This document shows, piece after piece, positions 22,901-23,581 of a stretch of 23,581 nucleotides of DNA. The DNA is from Marsupella aquatica (taxonomy: Eukaryota; Plantae; Marchantiophyta), in NCBI GenBank assembly GCA_973895155.1, contig OZ316897.1:436834-460414 (forward strand), in the 5' to 3' direction. Position numbers and translations under genes: made by a program. The first letter of the stretch is position 1. Every line of letters begins with the position of its first letter. A model generated the notes under the pieces. That model did not search any database and was not told the origin of the DNA. It saw nothing but the letters and a program-made list of their open reading frames with translations.

Positions 22901-23581
22901 CCCCTTCAAAATCACTGTCTCTCCCGACCTGACTTGAAGTTCACCATCAATAACGCTCCATTGATGACCATTTGAATCCAACACACCGAGTGAAATCAGA
23001 TTCTTACGCATGCCAGGTACATACCTGACTCCGGACACTGTGCGCACAGCGCCATCAAACATTTGAATCTTCACAGACCCAATTCCCTCAATTTGACAGG
23101 AGTGATCATTTCCCATCAGAACTGAACCGTTTGTTGAAATAGAGTAAGAACTGAAAAACTCACGAATGTATCAAATATGAAAAGAGCAAGCACAATCAAG
23201 AATCCACACATCATCTGCTCTCCTAGATGACGTGCACAGGGCATACCCCCGGCTTCATAAAACATACTCATCATTGAGTAAATCAGCTTCTCCATCAGCC
23301 CTAGCCACATTTGCCGATGAAGTTTCCGCTGCCTTTCCCTTACAGTCTCGCTGAAGTGTCCAACTTGGTTGCACTTCCAACATGTCACCTGCCTCCTCTG
23401 AGGGGATTTACCCTTGGACTTAGATCTGGATTTAGATCTAAACTGGGTTCTACGGTCCCCAGTTGGTCGCTGCATACCCCTCCCACGGTTAACATTGAGG
23501 GCAGCACCAGATGATAAAGGCTGTGATGTGATGTGCATCTTCTGCTGAAGATCATCACTAAGCAGAGAACTTACCACGTCC
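19979..23581 (-). pseudogene. Disrupted copia gag-pol polyprotein
   Basis: Gag knuckle CWKCNQVGHF-RDC is broken by a 1-nt loss near 23352. In-frame TGA codons at 23255-23257 and 23171-23173. Protease WILDCACSFH; integrase WHSRLGH..CEHC, HSDVWGP, SDNGGEY, QNGVAER; RT YKARLVAKG, QMDV, LYVDD. TAG at 20354-20356 replaces the conserved Trp of ISW. RNase H YVDSD, TEAEY, CDSQ, NPADAFTK. Confidence 0.93.

Larger units (their letters stand above)
19313..23581 (-). mobile_element. Ty1/copia LTR retrotransposon, defective; 5' part lies beyond the window end
   Basis: Domain order gag-PR-IN-RT-RH followed by a PPT and a TG...CA LTR is diagnostic of copia. Left flank 19308-19312 (ATTCC) is the predicted 5-bp TSD; the other side is not visible. 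Confidence 0.97.

Overview
Eukaryotic, plant-type genomic DNA: spliceosomal introns, plant gene families and plant TEs. A seed-free land plant is plausible but is inference. Layout: (1) 1-550, a GC-rich G-run/C-run block ending abruptly in TGACA, probably a retroelement LTR edge. (2) About 1.0-4.2 kb, two related non-autonomous Helitron-like elements lying tail to tail and bracketing a decayed CRE-clade/RLE non-LTR retrotransposon fragment. (3) 5090-9341 (+), a two-exon, 28-LRR receptor-like kinase with an RD kinase domain, an unusual ~70-aa N-terminal insert and a 1-bp frameshift in exon 2. (4) 14970-10554 (-), an intact 10-exon secreted FAD-dependent polyamine oxidase of the maize PAO type, convergent with the RLK and carrying active-site substitutions. 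(5) 19313-23581 (-), a defective Ty1/copia retrotransposon whose 3' LTR holds a 10x18-bp GTAC/AC-element array. The sequence alone does not establish a new biological system. The best leads are the inverted Helitron pair, the altered PAO tunnel, the frameshifted RLK and the LTR motif array.
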